Shown here in pieces: positions 62,427 through 64,000 of a stretch of 64,000 nucleotides of DNA (the stretch's first letter is position 1; every line of letters starts with the position of its first letter). This DNA comes from Paraspadella gotoi (Eukaryota > Animalia > Chaetognatha). The DNA lies in NCBI GenBank assembly GCA_051294375.1, contig JBJCIZ010000282.1:116161-180160 (forward strand), given 5' to 3'. The translations under genes were made by a program, and so were the position numbers. Under the pieces are notes generated by a model. That model was not told where the DNA came from, did not search any database, and saw only the letters and a list, made by a program, of their open reading frames with translations.

Positions 62427-62787
62427 ACCACGCAGGAAGCCAAAATCGTTGTTAAAGAAAGCGGGAAGTATTAACTGTGGAGGATTGAATCCATTATTTT
62501 CATCCCATATGGACACAGTGGGTTACCGCACACTCAATGCTTACCCCCCATTGGGGTTTGGTTATCCTTTTGTTCCATCTATTCCTTCCCACTCAATATT
62601 TGGGGCTGCGCCTGGGAGTATCATCACTGGCTCTGGATTTGGATTTACTCATTCAGGATCACATGGGATACCTGCTGGATCAAATTCTTCACCTGCTGCA
62701 GGTTTTATGTACAACATGTTCACGGTAGGGCAGAGAGGATGTGAAAGAAACAAAAAAGTGCCATCTCTGAAACCAATAAAATCTTAA
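62427..62787 (+). CDS. SoxB2: SoxB2 terminal exon, intact copy
   Basis: Acceptor tttacAG at 62425-62426. The phase-2 join gives YRPRRKPKSLLKK (group B2 signature), followed by a Gly/Ser/Pro/Phe-rich tail to TAA. A possible extra donor ACG|gtaggg is at 62725. Confidence 0.85.
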
Positions 62788-62829
62788 CGTATACCCATGA
62801 AACACTTAATATGGTAGGTCAGTAAAATT

Positions 62830-64000
62830 CGATAAAGGCAGGATTTTTTTTAAATTTTAGAGAATTGTTTTTGTTTTTGTTTTTGTTTACAACGAATTTT
62901 ATTTAAATTGAACAGACATGTTTCAACTTGCTTTACAAGCCTTCATCATCGTTTTGACAGTTTGATTTGAAATTTTTGCATAAGAAGGGAGGAGAGAGAG
63001 ATAGAGAGTAGGCTAAAAGTTTTCCAACAAAGTGGTGAGACAGAATAGTGGTCAGATGAGAGGACAGGGTAAGGTGAGGACAGATTGAATAAGTTGTGAA
63101 AAAGAAGTGAAACTTAGAGAGAGAGAGAGACAACAGGGATAAATAAATAATAAATGATACATTGTGCAATGTACAACAAAGATAAATACTTTGAGAAAAA
63201 AAAACTAAAATTAGTTAAATTTAACAATTATCTAATGGATAAATAGTTAACTAAGGGATAGAAAATGAAATATGAAATGAAATTTGTAAAAATGTGAGAA
63301 TTTTAAGTGTTAAGTGATTATAAAGTGAAATTTAAAGAGTAAGAAAAAGCTCAAAATGAGCTGGTCCCCCTTGGTTTATGCAAATGAAGGGCATGGACAA
63401 CGGTGACGGGTCATTGGCGCGTCAATGGCTGAGAGGAGAGTGCGACTGAACCAATAAATTCTGCACCAGGGATTGTACCAGGCGGAAAAATTCCCAATGC
63501 CACTCTTTTGTCTCTCTGACCTGATACACCTGCCGGCTGCCCTCTTCTCGCCTGCTGGCAAGGCGGGCGATTGTCCATTCTTGCCGCTTTTGCGACAGGA
63601 ATGATTGACTCCTCTCCTTCCTCCTGAAGCCATCGTTTTGGGCGGCGCTCAGTCTACAGTGAGAGGGGCTGAGTTACTGCATTTGAAGGAGAGGCATCAT
63701 TTGCCCATTGCCTGCGTAAGGGTCTCCACTTGTCTCGTTGAGTGGAGACAGGGGAATCATTGTGCAGGCGTGGCAGCGGGGCCTCCACTACGCTTTTGAT
63801 AAGCAAATCATAGCTTGGAGGGAGATCAAATCGTCCTCCATCATGGTTCAAAGAGGGCTCGAGGGCTTTGATGTAGATTGCCTCTCTAATACCTTTGAGA
63901 ACCAGTTTGGGTCATGGGACAGCATGAGACAATCTGATTCCCTGAACAGACGGCCTGTTTCTGCTGAATGCTCAGCTATTGTGGACAAGTAGTGACCTCG
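62830..64000 (-). mobile_element. Penelope-like fragment, duplicate copy
   Basis: Near-identical to 44150-45310. Confidence 0.8.

Overview
AT-rich animal (invertebrate-like) genomic DNA from a draft assembly, with N gaps at 5876-6400, 30690-30714, 41964-41988 and 53614-53623. The only host gene I can support is a + strand SoxB2 (Sox14/Sox21-like) HMG-box gene, split by two very large introns. Its coding exons are ~10343-10850, 21504-21688 and a terminal exon present twice (frameshifted at 43744, intact at 62427-62787). Almost everything else is nested transposable element. The standout is a divergent Ty3/Gypsy-like LTR family, present as several degraded copies, with order gag-PR-RT-RH-(OTU-like)-IN-env. 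Its env resembles chuvirus/herpes-gB class III fusion glycoproteins, its LTRs end in CAT...ATG instead of TG...CA, and one copy has a tRNA-Leu-like PBS. Also present: a TRIM; a ~290-bp TG...CA element carrying a tRNA-like Pol III cassette; a CsRN1-like Gypsy relic; a young LINE; Penelope fragments with minimal hammerhead ribozymes; HINE/DINE-1-like repeats; hAT- and Kolobok-like MITEs with clear TSDs; and a foldback element built from outward-facing telomeric repeats. The large inverted duplication (26.9-33.5 kb) and direct duplication (42.7-45.3 kb vs 61.4-64 kb) lie next to 25-N gaps and may be assembly or haplotype artefacts. All family assignments come from motif recognition by eye; no searches were run.
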